A DNA stretch of 64,000 nt from Candidatus Omnitrophota bacterium (GTDB lineage: Bacteria > Omnitrophota > Gorgyraeia > JAFGIU01), in assembly GCA_016929445.1 (NCBI GenBank), contig JAFGIU010000041.1, forward strand, positions 1,929-65,928. The letters are read 5' to 3'. The position numbers and the translations under genes are program-made. Shown piece by piece: positions 18,232 to 28,138 of the stretch. The notes beneath the pieces are model-generated. The model worked only from the letters and a program-made list of their open reading frames with translations, did no database searches and was not told the origin of the DNA. The stretch's first letter is position 1, and each line of letters starts with the position of its first letter.

Positions 18232-19370
18232 GCCTCTGGAGCGGGGATCTTAAGCACGATCTTGGCGAGCACGCCGCCTCCGGGACGGTTGGTCACACTG
18301 ATCGTGCCGTTGTGGGATTCGATAATGTTGCGACTGAGCGTAAGCCCCAGGCCGCTGCCCTGTTTGACCGTGCGTGTGGTGAAAAAGGGATCAAAGATTT
18401 TGGTGATGTCTTTTTCTGAAATTCCCGCACCCGTGTCCTCGATATCAATCACAAAGACTTCTTCGCCCTCGTGGAATTGATCCGGCCGGCGCACGGCGGA
18501 CTTTTCTTGTATACGTTGAAAGACATCTGTGTACGTGGCCACAGTGAGGATCCCTCCATCGGGCATGGCCTGCAAGGCATTGCGGTACACAGAAACCAAA
18601 GCTTGATTGAACTTCTCGTGGTCCAGTGCAATCTTGGGCAGGTTCCTGCCCAGCTTCTTCACGATCTTGATGTTGTTCTTTTTGAATTCCTGATCCATGA
18701 GAAAGAGGGCCTTTTCCACCACCGTGTTGACAGTCTCCTGGTGGGGAGTGCCGCGTTGCGCCCCGGAGAGATTGGAGAGATCCTCGATAATCGTATCCAC
18801 CTGCTTCACAGAGTCTTCGATATTGCGCAGAGCGTCCTGGGTTTTGTCGTCATCCGTGTTGGTGTGTTTGAAGAGAAAGTGTGTGGCTAGCAGAATGCTG
18901 GTAAGAGGGTGCTTGATTTCATCGGCCATACGTTTGGCCAAACGGCCGGAAGATTCGAATTTTTCAGCCTGAATAAGCTGATCCTGCGTGGCCTGGAGCT
19001 CTTGGTGTGTGCGTTGGAGCTGGGCCTTGTCCGCGGCGTGCGTGAGAAGCTCCGTTTGCAAGCGCTCGATTGTAACGTGGAGTTCCCGGGAGGAACGCTC
19101 TATCCTTGAATGGGAAATCAGAAGATCCTGCACAATATCGTGGATCATGTTGCGGCCGAAAAACAGGCCGAGCAGGGCGATAAAGATGCTCAACAAAAAG
19201 TAGAAACCGTCCAGACCGATGAGTGCATTGACGGAAAAGAAGCGGACGGTAATCAGATAAAGACAGATGAGCAAGGGAATGATGCTCATTAGGGCAAATG
19301 CCACGTGGAAACGAGCTAGAGTGGCCTCGGATAAGCTGACCGGTATAGGAGGATTCTTCTCAGTGCTCAC
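18228..19370 (-). CDS. Membrane sensor histidine kinase-like protein (2 TM, HisKA, HATPase) with H-box His replaced by Asp
   Basis: MADEIKHPL, NALQAM, DTGAGI, IFDPFFTT, GSGLGL; start may be GTG 19370 or ATG 19376. Confidence 0.85.
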   Translation of the reverse strand: MSTEKNPPIPVSLSEATLARFHVAFALMSIIPLLICLYLITVRFFSVNALIGLDGFYFLLSIFIALLGLFFGRNMIHDIVQDLLISHSRIERSSRELHVTIERLQTELLTHAADKAQLQRTHQELQATQDQLIQAEKFESSGRLAKRMADEIKHPLTSILLATHFLFKHTNTDDDKTQDALRNIEDSVKQVDTIIEDLSNLSGAQRGTPHQETVNTVVEKALFLMDQEFKKNNIKIVKKLGRNLPKIALDHEKFNQALVSVYRNALQAMPDGGILTVATYTDVFQRIQEKSAVRRPDQFHEGEEVFVIDIEDTGAGISEKDITKIFDPFFTTRTVKQGSGLGLTLSRNIIESHNGTISVTNRPGGGVLAKIVLKIPAPEA

Positions 19371-19413
19371 GCCCATAGTATACGACGGCACAAGGTGTAA
19401 GCCCAGTGCAGGG

Positions 19414-21507
19414 CTAGCTGAGCTTGAGCGCTGCCAAGGTGCGGGGCGGGAGAGTGTATGGAGTTCCGCAGGGGATCTGCTCCCCGTGTCTTTCAGGAAC
19501 AGAAGTGTGGATCATGGTTGTCCACGAGTGCGGGGCCCGGTAACAGGGCGGGTAGAAAACTTGTTCCGAATGGCCGGCGTTCATCAAGATAAAAAAGGTC
19601 GAGTCCGCGCCCACCAACCACATCCCGATGCATAACAGGTTCGGGGACTGCCAGTCGCTTTGCTTCATCTCCTGGCCGGAAGGTTTCAGCCAGAGCACGT
19701 CTTTGGCACGCAAACCCGGGAGAAATCGGCCGGTGAGGTACTCTGTGCGTCCTAACAGGGGCTCTGTCCGGCGCAGCCGGATAACGTGCTTGGTAAACTC
19801 AAGGAATTCTTGATCCGTTGGACTGAGATCCCAGTTAAGCCAGCTAAGTTCGCTATCTTGGCAATAGGCGTTGTTATTACCGAGCTGCGTGTGCCCGAGT
19901 TCGTCTCCGCCCAGGATCATGGGCGTGCCTATCGAGATCATGAGCGTGGCCATGAAATTGCGCTTATGCTTTTGGCGGCGGGAAACCGTCTCCGGGTCGT
20001 CGGTGGGCCCTTCAACCCCGCAGTTCCAGCTCAGGTTGTGGCTTTCGCCGTCCCGGTTGTTTTCGCCGTTGGCCTCGTTGTGCTTGGAGTTGTAGCTGAC
20101 CAAGTCTTGGAGGGTAAATCCGTCGTGGCAGGTCACAAAGTTGATGCTTGCGCTTGGAGGCCGGCCCTTTGTATCAAATTCCCATCCGCTGCCGCACACA
20201 CGTGAGATGAAGTCAGGGAGTGTTCCGGGCGTGCTTTTCCAATAGTTGCGCACGGCGCTGCGGAACTTATCATTCCATTCAGTCCAGGGCGGCGGGAAGT
20301 TTCCCAATTGATATCCGTCAAATCCGAGGTCCCATGGTTCAGCGATAAGTTTTGTCTTGTTTAGAAGAGGGTCCTCATTGATTTCCCTAAAGAACGCCCC
20401 GTTCATTTCCACGGAGTCTTTGCCGCGCGCCAAGGCAGTGGCTAAATCAAAACGGAAGCCGTCCACGTGCATCTCTCCCACCCAGTAGCGCAGGCTGTCG
20501 AGCACGAGCTGGCGCACCTGCGGGTGGCGCAGATTCAAGGTATTTCCGCAGCCGGAGAAGTTCTGGTAGAAACGCGGGTTGTTTGGTTCCAAACGGTAGT
20601 AGCTGGCATTGTCGATTCCCCGGAAATTGAGGGTGGGGCCGAATTGATTGCCCTCAGCCGTGTGGTTGTAGACCACATCCAGAATCACCTCGATGCCGGC
20701 ATTATGAAAGGACTTGACCATGTTGCGGAATTCATGGATAGCAAGCACCGGATCCTGTGCTGCGGCGTACTCGTAGTGGGGGATGAAGAAGGAGAGGGTG
20801 TTGTAGCCCCAATAATTGGTGGTTCCTTTGTCTTCGAGGTGGCGGTCGTCTGCATGAAGGTGCACGGGCAGCAGTTCGATCGCCGTGATGCCCAATTCTT
20901 GGAGGTGGCGGATCACGGGTTCGCTGGCAAGGCCCGCGTAAGTGCCGCGCAACTCCCTGGGGACTTTGGGGTGCAGGGCGGTCATGCCTTTGACGTGCGT
21001 TTCGTAAATCAGGGTTTTGTCCCAGGGCACCAGCGGAGCCTTGTCCTCGCCCCAATCATAGTGCTCCTCAACGACCATCCCCAGCGGAGCGCAGGCGGCG
21101 CTGTCTTTGCGGTCCATGAAGAGATCGCTGCGGCGTTTGGTAAATCGATAGGAAAAGAGTTCGTCCGACCACTTCAGCGGCCGGCCCAAAGCTTTGGCAT
21201 AAGGATCCAGCAGGACCTTGAAGGGATTGAAACGGTGCCCCTGGCGCGGGGTGTAGGGGCCGTGAATGCGGTAGCCGTAAAGCTGGCCCGGGCCGATTGC
21301 GGGCAAGTAGGCGTGCCAGACTCCCTGGGTGCGTTCTTGCAGAGGCAGGCGATGGGTTTCACGCGCAGCTTCCGGTGAATCAAAGAGGCAGAGTTCCACC
21401 GAAGTCGCGTGTTTGGCAAAGATGGCAAAGTTGGTCCCACTGCCGTCAAAGGTCGCCCCCAAGGGGGTTGCGCGTCCGGTTTCGAGGGTTGGAGCGGATG
21501 TACTCAA
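19414..21507 (-). CDS. glgX: Glycogen debranching enzyme (isoamylase)
   Basis: PLGA, NYWGYN, DVVYNHTAEG, DGFRFDLA, IAEPWD, HDGFTL.DLVSY, GNNNAYCQD. Confidence 0.95.
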   Translation of the reverse strand: MSTSAPTLETGRATPLGATFDGSGTNFAIFAKHATSVELCLFDSPEAARETHRLPLQERTQGVWHAYLPAIGPGQLYGYRIHGPYTPRQGHRFNPFKVLLDPYAKALGRPLKWSDELFSYRFTKRRSDLFMDRKDSAACAPLGMVVEEHYDWGEDKAPLVPWDKTLIYETHVKGMTALHPKVPRELRGTYAGLASEPVIRHLQELGITAIELLPVHLHADDRHLEDKGTTNYWGYNTLSFFIPHYEYAAAQDPVLAIHEFRNMVKSFHNAGIEVILDVVYNHTAEGNQFGPTLNFRGIDNASYYRLEPNNPRFYQNFSGCGNTLNLRHPQVRQLVLDSLRYWVGEMHVDGFRFDLATALARGKDSVEMNGAFFREINEDPLLNKTKLIAEPWDLGFDGYQLGNFPPPWTEWNDKFRSAVRNYWKSTPGTLPDFISRVCGSGWEFDTKGRPPSASINFVTCHDGFTLQDLVSYNSKHNEANGENNRDGESHNLSWNCGVEGPTDDPETVSRRQKHKRNFMATLMISIGTPMILGGDELGHTQLGNNNAYCQDSELSWLNWDLSPTDQEFLEFTKHVIRLRRTEPLLGRTEYLTGRFLPGLRAKDVLWLKPSGQEMKQSDWQSPNLLCIGMWLVGADSTFFILMNAGHSEQVFYPPCYRAPHSWTTMIHTSVPERHGEQIPCGTPYTLPPRTLAALKLS

Positions 21508-21616
21508 GATGGGTCATTATAGCGGTGCTCAGCTTGATGCTCAACACCGGGGAGGCGTGGCTTGATACGGGTCCTATTTGTAGTAGAATCCCATAGGAGT
21601 ATATAGGGCATTAATT

Positions 21617-22819
21617 ATGGCAAATGAAAAACTTAATCTCCTGTTGGTAGAAGACAGTCCTACTGAGGCGGCTCTAATTCAAGAACGCCTGGAAGAGGCT
21701 TTCTCCGGTAAATTTTTTATTGAGCATCACAGCTTGCTCGTCACTGCCATTGACCGTCTGGGGCGCGGGCACATTGATGTTGTGCTCTTGGACTTGCACT
21801 TGCCCGATAGCCAGGGTCTTTGCACGGTTCAACGCGTGTGCGAATCAGTGCCGCAGGTTCCTGTCGTGGTTCTCACGGGCTTGGACGATGATTCGGCCGG
21901 GGTTCAGGCGGTTCGCTTCGGGGCCCAGGACTATCTTGTGAAGGGGCATTTTTCCGGAAGTGAGATTTTGCGGGTCCTGCGTTATGCAATTGAACGCCAC
22001 AAGATTCTTGAAAAACTCAAGTCCACTCAGCTGCAACTAGTTGAATCAGCAAAGTTTGAGTCTGTGGGCCGCTTGGCTCAAGGCGTGGCGCACGAGGTCA
22101 AGAATCCCCTAGCCATTCTCCTTGTCGGAGTTGAGTACCTGGCTGAAAAGATCCCGGGGGACAAGGATCTGCTCGGAATCCTGGAAAATATGGACCGGGC
22201 GATCAGGCGGGCCGACAAGATCATCAACGGTCTGGTGGACCTCTCTGTGGAGCGGGAACTGCGCTTTGAGGTGGATGACCTCAACATTGTGGTTGAACAC
22301 GTGCTGCTGTTGCTGACGCATGATTTGGCGCGCGCGCAGATCACAGTCATTCCCAGACTAGTTGAGGGCCTTCCTCCTGTGCTGGTGAACCGGGGCCGTC
22401 TGGAGCAGGTATTTATCAGTATTTTCCTCAACAGTATTTACGCAATGGCGGATGGTGGTGTGCTCAAGATCAAGACAGCTGTCCGGGAAGTCCGTGAGTT
22501 GGACAAGGAAGTGGGTTCGAAAGTTCCGGAGCGCCTGGCGGCTGACCAAAAAGTGGTTGTGGTGGAAATCGAAGACTCCGGCCCCGGGATCGGCGCAGAG
22601 GAAATGGAAAAGGTTTTTGACCCCTTCTTCACAACCAAACCCACGGGCCAGGGACCCGGACTGGGGCTGTCGGTGGCACGCAAGATTATGGAACTCCACA
22701 AAGGGATTATTTACCTAGCCAACCGGCCAGAGGGTGGTGTGCGCGCCACCCTGATCTTTGAGCCTGCTGCACGCCAGGAGCAGGGATCTCGCGCAGGCAC
22801 GCAACGACGTCCTACGTAG
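21617..22819 (+). CDS. Hybrid receiver domain - histidine kinase
   Basis: LLVED, LLDLHLPD, GAQDYLVK; AHEVKNPL, DSGPGI, FDPFFTTK. Confidence 0.9.
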   Translation: MANEKLNLLLVEDSPTEAALIQERLEEAFSGKFFIEHHSLLVTAIDRLGRGHIDVVLLDLHLPDSQGLCTVQRVCESVPQVPVVVLTGLDDDSAGVQAVRFGAQDYLVKGHFSGSEILRVLRYAIERHKILEKLKSTQLQLVESAKFESVGRLAQGVAHEVKNPLAILLVGVEYLAEKIPGDKDLLGILENMDRAIRRADKIINGLVDLSVERELRFEVDDLNIVVEHVLLLLTHDLARAQITVIPRLVEGLPPVLVNRGRLEQVFISIFLNSIYAMADGGVLKIKTAVREVRELDKEVGSKVPERLAADQKVVVVEIEDSGPGIGAEEMEKVFDPFFTTKPTGQGPGLGLSVARKIMELHKGIIYLANRPEGGVRATLIFEPAARQEQGSRAGTQRRPT

Positions 22820-22836
22820 GGATTCACTGGAACTGT

Positions 22837-24693
22837 ATGCTCGAGCAAATCCTAAGCCCGTCCTCTTATTCCTCTTCCGCCTTTGCTCTTGCCCCCGCTT
22901 TTGTCGGTCTCTACGTCCTCTGTGTTGCATTCGCCACACTGGTGCACGAGCGATTTTCCAAGATTAGCCTAACCTATGCCTTGTCCTGCGCAGGTGTTGC
23001 CGTTTGGTATTCCTCTATGTCGATGAATTACATGGCAAACAGCCATGAGTTGAACGCGTGGTGGATCAAAACCGGACTCCTGTTTTTTTGTATGACTCCA
23101 TCCATGATTATCGACACGAGCGCGGGAATTATCCGCAGGACACGACAATTCCGCACGTTGTTGCGGGTTAGCCATGCCCTTTCCTTTATTTACTTTGTGA
23201 CTATCCTGCTCGGACTCGGATTCTACACGGGCATTCATCACTATGAATGGGGCCACTATCCGGTATACGGCTTGGTCGGATGGTCCTTTGTCTTGTTTTT
23301 TGCCGGGGCAGTGCTTTTTAATCTGTGGTGCTTCAGAAAGTCCAGTAATGAATCGGATTCGCCTTTGCACAAAAAGAGATTGCGGGCTTTTGCGATCGCC
23401 TATGCTGTTTGTTACTTAGGTGCTTGGGACTTTCTGCCAGTCTTTGGAGTTGACGCTTATCCTTACGGCCCCGTTCCGGTGGGCGCCGGGTTTACCCTGA
23501 TGGCCTTTGCCATATGGCAGTATCGCTTGGTGGCGATCACACCGTCTCTTGCAGCTAAACACATCATTAAGACAATGCCGGAAGCGCTATTTGTTTTTGA
23601 TAACGAGGGGATTCTGAGCATCGTCAACCAATCCGGATGCGATTTGCTAGGCCGGCAAGAAACTGATCTTGTCGAGAAATCAATTGTCCGGATTGATGAT
23701 TCGGTGTTGACCCCTAAGTTTGTGCAGGAACTGATCGAGCTTGGAAATGTCAAAGATATGGAAATAGTACACCAGGGGAGGGAGGGTCAACGCTGGCTCA
23801 GCCTTTCTTCCCAAACGATGACCTCCGCGGACGGCAATTTGGAGGGCCTGGTGATTGTGGCGCGTGACATTACTGAGCGCAAAAGTGTTGAGAACGGGAT
23901 CTTGCTTGCGCGAACGGAACTGGCTAATACCCAGCTCCAAATAGCCAGGATGGAGAAGCTCCAGTCTATGGGACGTTTGGTTGCGGGCGTGGCTCATGAA
24001 GTCCTGAACCCTCTCACCACCATCAAATTGGGGGCGGAGGTTTTACGCGGAAGGCTTGTGCGAAACGAGGATCTGCATCCCATTGCGCAGGATATTCTGG
24101 ATGCCGGTGTGCGCGCGGAGGAGGTCTTGAAAAGGCTGATAAAGTTTTCCACCAGTTCGGAATTTAAGTTGCAGGAATGCAGCTTGAACCGCATCGTGGA
24201 GTCCGCTCTCCTGGTTCTGGAGCCCGAGATCAAGATCAGGCAGGTGAAGTTGGAATTGAATTTGGCTTCGGGCTTGCCGGCACTCCAATTGGATGCAGGG
24301 AAGATCGAACAGGCATTGGTCAATGTATTGTCGAACGCGATTCAGGCGGCACCCATTCGCGGTTCGTTGAAGGTTTCGTCCAAATTTCTCAACTCTTGCC
24401 GTTTCGACAACAGTGATGCGAATAACCGTCAGGCGGACCGGCTGCGCACGGGCGATAGTGTGATTGCGGTCGATATCGAGGACAACGGGCCGGGTATCTC
24501 GGAATCTCTCCTTGGCAATGTATTCGATCCCTTTTACACAACCAAACCCACGGGCAAGGCGATGGGTCTGGGGCTTACCGTGGCGCAGAAGATCGTGGAG
24601 TTGCACGGCGGGACCATTCATTTGCGGAATCGCAAAGAGGGAGGTGTTTGCGCTACTGTGTGTCTGAAGGTGTCTGACCCGGTACCGCATTAG
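22837..24693 (+). CDS. 7TM-PAS sensor histidine kinase
   Basis: Multi-TM N-terminus, PAS (VNQ…ARDITERK), AHEVLNPL, NAIQA, DNGPGI, FDPFYTTK, GLGL. Confidence 0.9.
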   Translation: MLEQILSPSSYSSSAFALAPAFVGLYVLCVAFATLVHERFSKISLTYALSCAGVAVWYSSMSMNYMANSHELNAWWIKTGLLFFCMTPSMIIDTSAGIIRRTRQFRTLLRVSHALSFIYFVTILLGLGFYTGIHHYEWGHYPVYGLVGWSFVLFFAGAVLFNLWCFRKSSNESDSPLHKKRLRAFAIAYAVCYLGAWDFLPVFGVDAYPYGPVPVGAGFTLMAFAIWQYRLVAITPSLAAKHIIKTMPEALFVFDNEGILSIVNQSGCDLLGRQETDLVEKSIVRIDDSVLTPKFVQELIELGNVKDMEIVHQGREGQRWLSLSSQTMTSADGNLEGLVIVARDITERKSVENGILLARTELANTQLQIARMEKLQSMGRLVAGVAHEVLNPLTTIKLGAEVLRGRLVRNEDLHPIAQDILDAGVRAEEVLKRLIKFSTSSEFKLQECSLNRIVESALLVLEPEIKIRQVKLELNLASGLPALQLDAGKIEQALVNVLSNAIQAAPIRGSLKVSSKFLNSCRFDNSDANNRQADRLRTGDSVIAVDIEDNGPGISESLLGNVFDPFYTTKPTGKAMGLGLTVAQKIVELHGGTIHLRNRKEGGVCATVCLKVSDPVPH

Positions 24694-25438
24694 CGATTTC
24701 CGCGCAGGTTAAGAACTGCCGTCCTTGAGCGCGCAGCTGCTTAACCCACTCTGTAAAAAATGCCTTCTGGCTGGGGCCGCAACGCCGGTAGTAGTACTGC
24801 TTCTTCCATCCGGCCACATTCAACCCTTCCACCGGACACCCGGCTAAATCGAAACAATGAGCATAGCAGACCACCGTTTCCAGGCCCCGGGTTGTGTGAG
24901 CGGCCGCTGCTAAAGCAGCAGGTCCCATTCCCATCAGCGCGGAACTCGAATAGGGCATGCCGCGCGCCATGAGTCGCGTGACCGGCACCCGGACCAGCTT
25001 AGGAGTTGCGGGGTCGATATGAGGCGGGACCCGCGAAAGCAGCGAAGAATCGTAATCGAAAAACTTTTCAACTTCGGAGAGGATCAGAGGGTTTGTCTGA
25101 AGGCTCATCGCGCGAAAACCCTTAATCTCAATGCCCTCCCGGTCAAAAGCTGCCTTGGACTCCTCAATGATTCCCGGGATGCCGGAGGGCTCGAGCTGCG
25201 TGAGACACTGCTTGTTCCCTTTGTCCATTTCGGAGTGGTGCGCGCCGTGACTGGCGATCTCATGCGGGGATTCCCTTAGCGCGCGGATCACATCCGGATT
25301 TCGCTCCAGTACCGAAGTTGTGCAAAAGAAAGTAGCCCGGATCCCGAGTTCCCCCAGCAGATCGAGAAATGCGTGGACCCCTTCCGGCGCAGCTTCAAAG
25401 GTGTGTTCGACATCAATGCTGAGGACGGCTTTTAGCAT
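24653..25438 (-). CDS. Polysaccharide deacetylase family protein
   Basis: SIDVE, ATFF, HEIASHG..H, GFRA, YDSS. Confidence 0.8.
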   Translation of the reverse strand: MLKAVLSIDVEHTFEAAPEGVHAFLDLLGELGIRATFFCTTSVLERNPDVIRALRESPHEIASHGAHHSEMDKGNKQCLTQLEPSGIPGIIEESKAAFDREGIEIKGFRAMSLQTNPLILSEVEKFFDYDSSLLSRVPPHIDPATPKLVRVPVTRLMARGMPYSSSALMGMGPAALAAAAHTTRGLETVVCYAHCFDLAGCPVEGLNVAGWKKQYYYRRCGPSQKAFFTEWVKQLRAQGRQFLTCAEIANAVPGQTPSDTQ

Positions 25439-26169
25439 CAGGCTCGTTTATCTGCGGACACGATGAAGGTATCGGCCCACAAGGTGTTCCAAAGTCCGGT
25501 GAAGTGTTCCCAAATCAGATACGGCCGGTCGTGGGCGTGGCTGTACTCGAAACGGATACCCAAAACGTCCAGGTATTCTGGAAGCTCTCTTGCGCTGCTA
25601 AAAGGGACAATGATGTAAAGGTTCCGGCCGGTCAGAGAGTTGATCGTGAATCCTGTTTGCTCCAATAGCGTCTTCAGGCTTGCGGCTGAGAAGAAACGCA
25701 GGTGCTCGGAGTGCTGCACCTCCGAGCAGGTTTTCCCCAATAGATGCAAAAGGCGGTAAGCAATGTGCGCGCTATTGGGGGTGGTGAGCAGCAGCCGGCC
25801 GCCCGGCTTCAGCACGCGGCGGATTTCCGTGAGCAGCGCAGTGGGATTCGCCACATGTTCGAGCAGCTCCGTGCACCAAACGAGATCAAACTCGGCATCG
25901 GAAAGAGGCAAAGCTTCTTCAAGATTCGCTGTTTGTCCCTCAATGCCGCGCTCCCGGAGTTTTTGGATTGCATTGGAGCTGATATCAATACCGTAGACCT
26001 CGTGACCCATTTCTTTAAGCCGCGAAGCCATCACACCCGAGCCGCACCCCAAATCCAGCGCCCGGCCCGGCTTCAGCCCGCGCGCTTGCTCCAGAGCCCT
26101 CAGCTTATAGCTGTGCAGGACCTCTTCACCCGAAGCATACTTTTGTTGGTAATATTCGACATTCGGCAT
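25438..26169 (-). CDS. Class I SAM-dependent methyltransferase
   Basis: LDLGCGSG, ELLEHV, RVLKPGG..LLTTPN, HLRFFS. Confidence 0.87.
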   Translation of the reverse strand: MPNVEYYQQKYASGEEVLHSYKLRALEQARGLKPGRALDLGCGSGVMASRLKEMGHEVYGIDISSNAIQKLRERGIEGQTANLEEALPLSDAEFDLVWCTELLEHVANPTALLTEIRRVLKPGGRLLLTTPNSAHIAYRLLHLLGKTCSEVQHSEHLRFFSAASLKTLLEQTGFTINSLTGRNLYIIVPFSSARELPEYLDVLGIRFEYSHAHDRPYLIWEHFTGLWNTLWADTFIVSADKRA

Positions 26170-27204
26170 TTAGCGGAACCAGGTTCGGAGCATAACCCAT
26201 CCGAAACCCAGAGGGTACCGTAGGCCCGGCGGTTTCTTGCTCATTCCGTTCTCCCGGTTGGCCACGGTGACAGGAACTTCCTTGTACCTCAGCCCCTTTC
26301 TGCGGGATTCAATCAAGATTTCCGGGGCGCTAAACCGGGATTCTTTCAGATTAAGGCGCATCAGATCTTGGGCGCGGATCGCGCGAAAGCCGTTGGTGAC
26401 ATCGGACACGCGCCTGCCGGTGAGTACGCTGGCCACTTTGGAAAAAAAGACAATGCCCGCGTGCCTTCCCGAGCCTTTTCCTTCGTACTCCCCCAGAAAA
26501 CGGGAACCCACCACCAAATCCGCCTCATCATTGAGCACAGGCAAGACCAGGCGCTCAACCTCTTCCGGCTGGTGTTGGCCGTCCGCGTCCATGGTGACGA
26601 TAACATCTGCTCCGTGCTCCAAAGCAATTTCAAATCCGGCGCGCAGCGCATCTCCCTGCCCACGGTTGATAATCAAGCTCGTCACAGGGTGGGCTGCATC
26701 GCGGCAAAGGGTATGCGTGTTGTCAGTGGCGCCGTCCACCACAACAATGGGTTTGACTTCACTGCTTCCGATCGTAGTGGGGAGGCGGCTGAGGACCCCT
26801 TGGATGGTGTCGCTTTCGTTAAAGGCGGGGATGACGACTGCGGTTAGAGTTCCGCCTGCTTTAATTCCGGAATGGGCTTGGGCAAATTCCGCGCGGGCCA
26901 AAGTCCGCACCAGATCGGACAGATGGCGCTGAGAGGCGCGCACTTGGTCCACCAAATAGAGCACGAGGAGGAAAAGAATGCCGTTCGCGACCACCACCAG
27001 AGTGAGCCAGCGGATCTGCATATTGAGGGAGCGGCGAACGAAGTCCAGAAGAGAGGGGAACGCGCTGGTCGCGATAATGGTGAGGGCAACAGCCCAGAAC
27101 ACAGCCAGATCCAGCCGCCTCAGGCTGCCGGAACGGAAGCGGCGATAAGTGAAAAAGGCCAGCCAAAGGCCGACCAGTATTCCTAAAATTTGGATATTTC
27201 TCAT
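26170..27204 (-). CDS. DUF2304-like membrane domain fused to DPM1-like glycosyltransferase family 2
   Basis: 3 TM N-terminus; VIPAFNE, DGATD, NRGQG, MDADGQH, VVGSRF, DVTNGFRA. Confidence 0.85.
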   Translation of the reverse strand: MRNIQILGILVGLWLAFFTYRRFRSGSLRRLDLAVFWAVALTIIATSAFPSLLDFVRRSLNMQIRWLTLVVVANGILFLLVLYLVDQVRASQRHLSDLVRTLARAEFAQAHSGIKAGGTLTAVVIPAFNESDTIQGVLSRLPTTIGSSEVKPIVVVDGATDNTHTLCRDAAHPVTSLIINRGQGDALRAGFEIALEHGADVIVTMDADGQHQPEEVERLVLPVLNDEADLVVGSRFLGEYEGKGSGRHAGIVFFSKVASVLTGRRVSDVTNGFRAIRAQDLMRLNLKESRFSAPEILIESRRKGLRYKEVPVTVANRENGMSKKPPGLRYPLGFGWVMLRTWFR

Positions 27205-27205
27205 G

Positions 27206-28138
27206 TTAAGTACTCTTGGTTCGCTGCAGATAAAGGGTGCCCAAAGCCCCCCACACCCCAACGACAATCCATTGTATCACATGGCTTCCTACGGCCAGAA
27301 AGGCGGGGTTGGGCAGGCCCTCGCCCAAGCGGAGTCCCAGAAAGACGCTGGCTTCCCAAGTGCCGAGCCCTCCGGCGGTCTGCACTGTCTTTGAAAGCGA
27401 GAGAAAAACATAGATGAGGAGCAAGGAGGCGAGGCTGGGTGTGTGACCGACGGATTGCAGCAGGAAACTCAAGAAGACCAGGCGAACAATCTGTATGAGG
27501 AAACTGGCTGCGATCAATTTGAGATAGAGGCGGCGTTCGTGGAGCTTCCGGAGTTCAAAGGCCGTGTTGCGCAGCCAGCCGACCAGTTTCTTATGGAAGC
27601 GGGGTCCCTTCCCTTCATGGGCGCGCGGCTGGAGATTCTTGCGGCTCAGAATCTCCAGGCTGAGAACAAAGGCCCCGGTGCCGATCCATCCGATGGCCAC
27701 AGCCCAAGTGAGCTCCGTGTAATAGGGGAGGATGCTCTGGGGCCGCAGCGCCCAGAATCCGGTCAAGAAAAGCATGAGTGCGAGCGTGTCTCCCACATAG
27801 GTAAAGACAAAAGCGGATCCGGACTCCGCGAGGGACAGCTTGAGATAGTTGCGAGCCATATATAGAAATGAGGCGGATCCCGAGTGGCTGGGCAGGATGT
27901 GATACCAGACCGTGAAGATGCACAGAATGGCCGTGAGCATACCCAGTTCCCGAATTTGAAGCAGCCACGCCGTGATCCAGGCAGAGCCCATGTTGATTAG
28001 GAAAAAGAGACTCAGCGCGACCAGAAGGGGCCCTAAGTGAAAGGCCTTTTTTACCCCGGCCCACTCTTCAAAGGGGACTTGCAGCAAGACAAAAACGAAG
28101 AGACACAGAGGAATTAAGCCGCGCAGAAAAGTTTTCAT
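27206..28138 (-). CDS. Lysylphosphatidylglycerol synthase-like transmembrane (flippase-like, UPF0104) protein
   Basis: Multi-TM, ILPSHSG, TAGGLGTWEA. Confidence 0.65.
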   Translation of the reverse strand: MKTFLRGLIPLCLFVFVLLQVPFEEWAGVKKAFHLGPLLVALSLFFLINMGSAWITAWLLQIRELGMLTAILCIFTVWYHILPSHSGSASFLYMARNYLKLSLAESGSAFVFTYVGDTLALMLFLTGFWALRPQSILPYYTELTWAVAIGWIGTGAFVLSLEILSRKNLQPRAHEGKGPRFHKKLVGWLRNTAFELRKLHERRLYLKLIAASFLIQIVRLVFLSFLLQSVGHTPSLASLLLIYVFLSLSKTVQTAGGLGTWEASVFLGLRLGEGLPNPAFLAVGSHVIQWIVVGVWGALGTLYLQRTKST

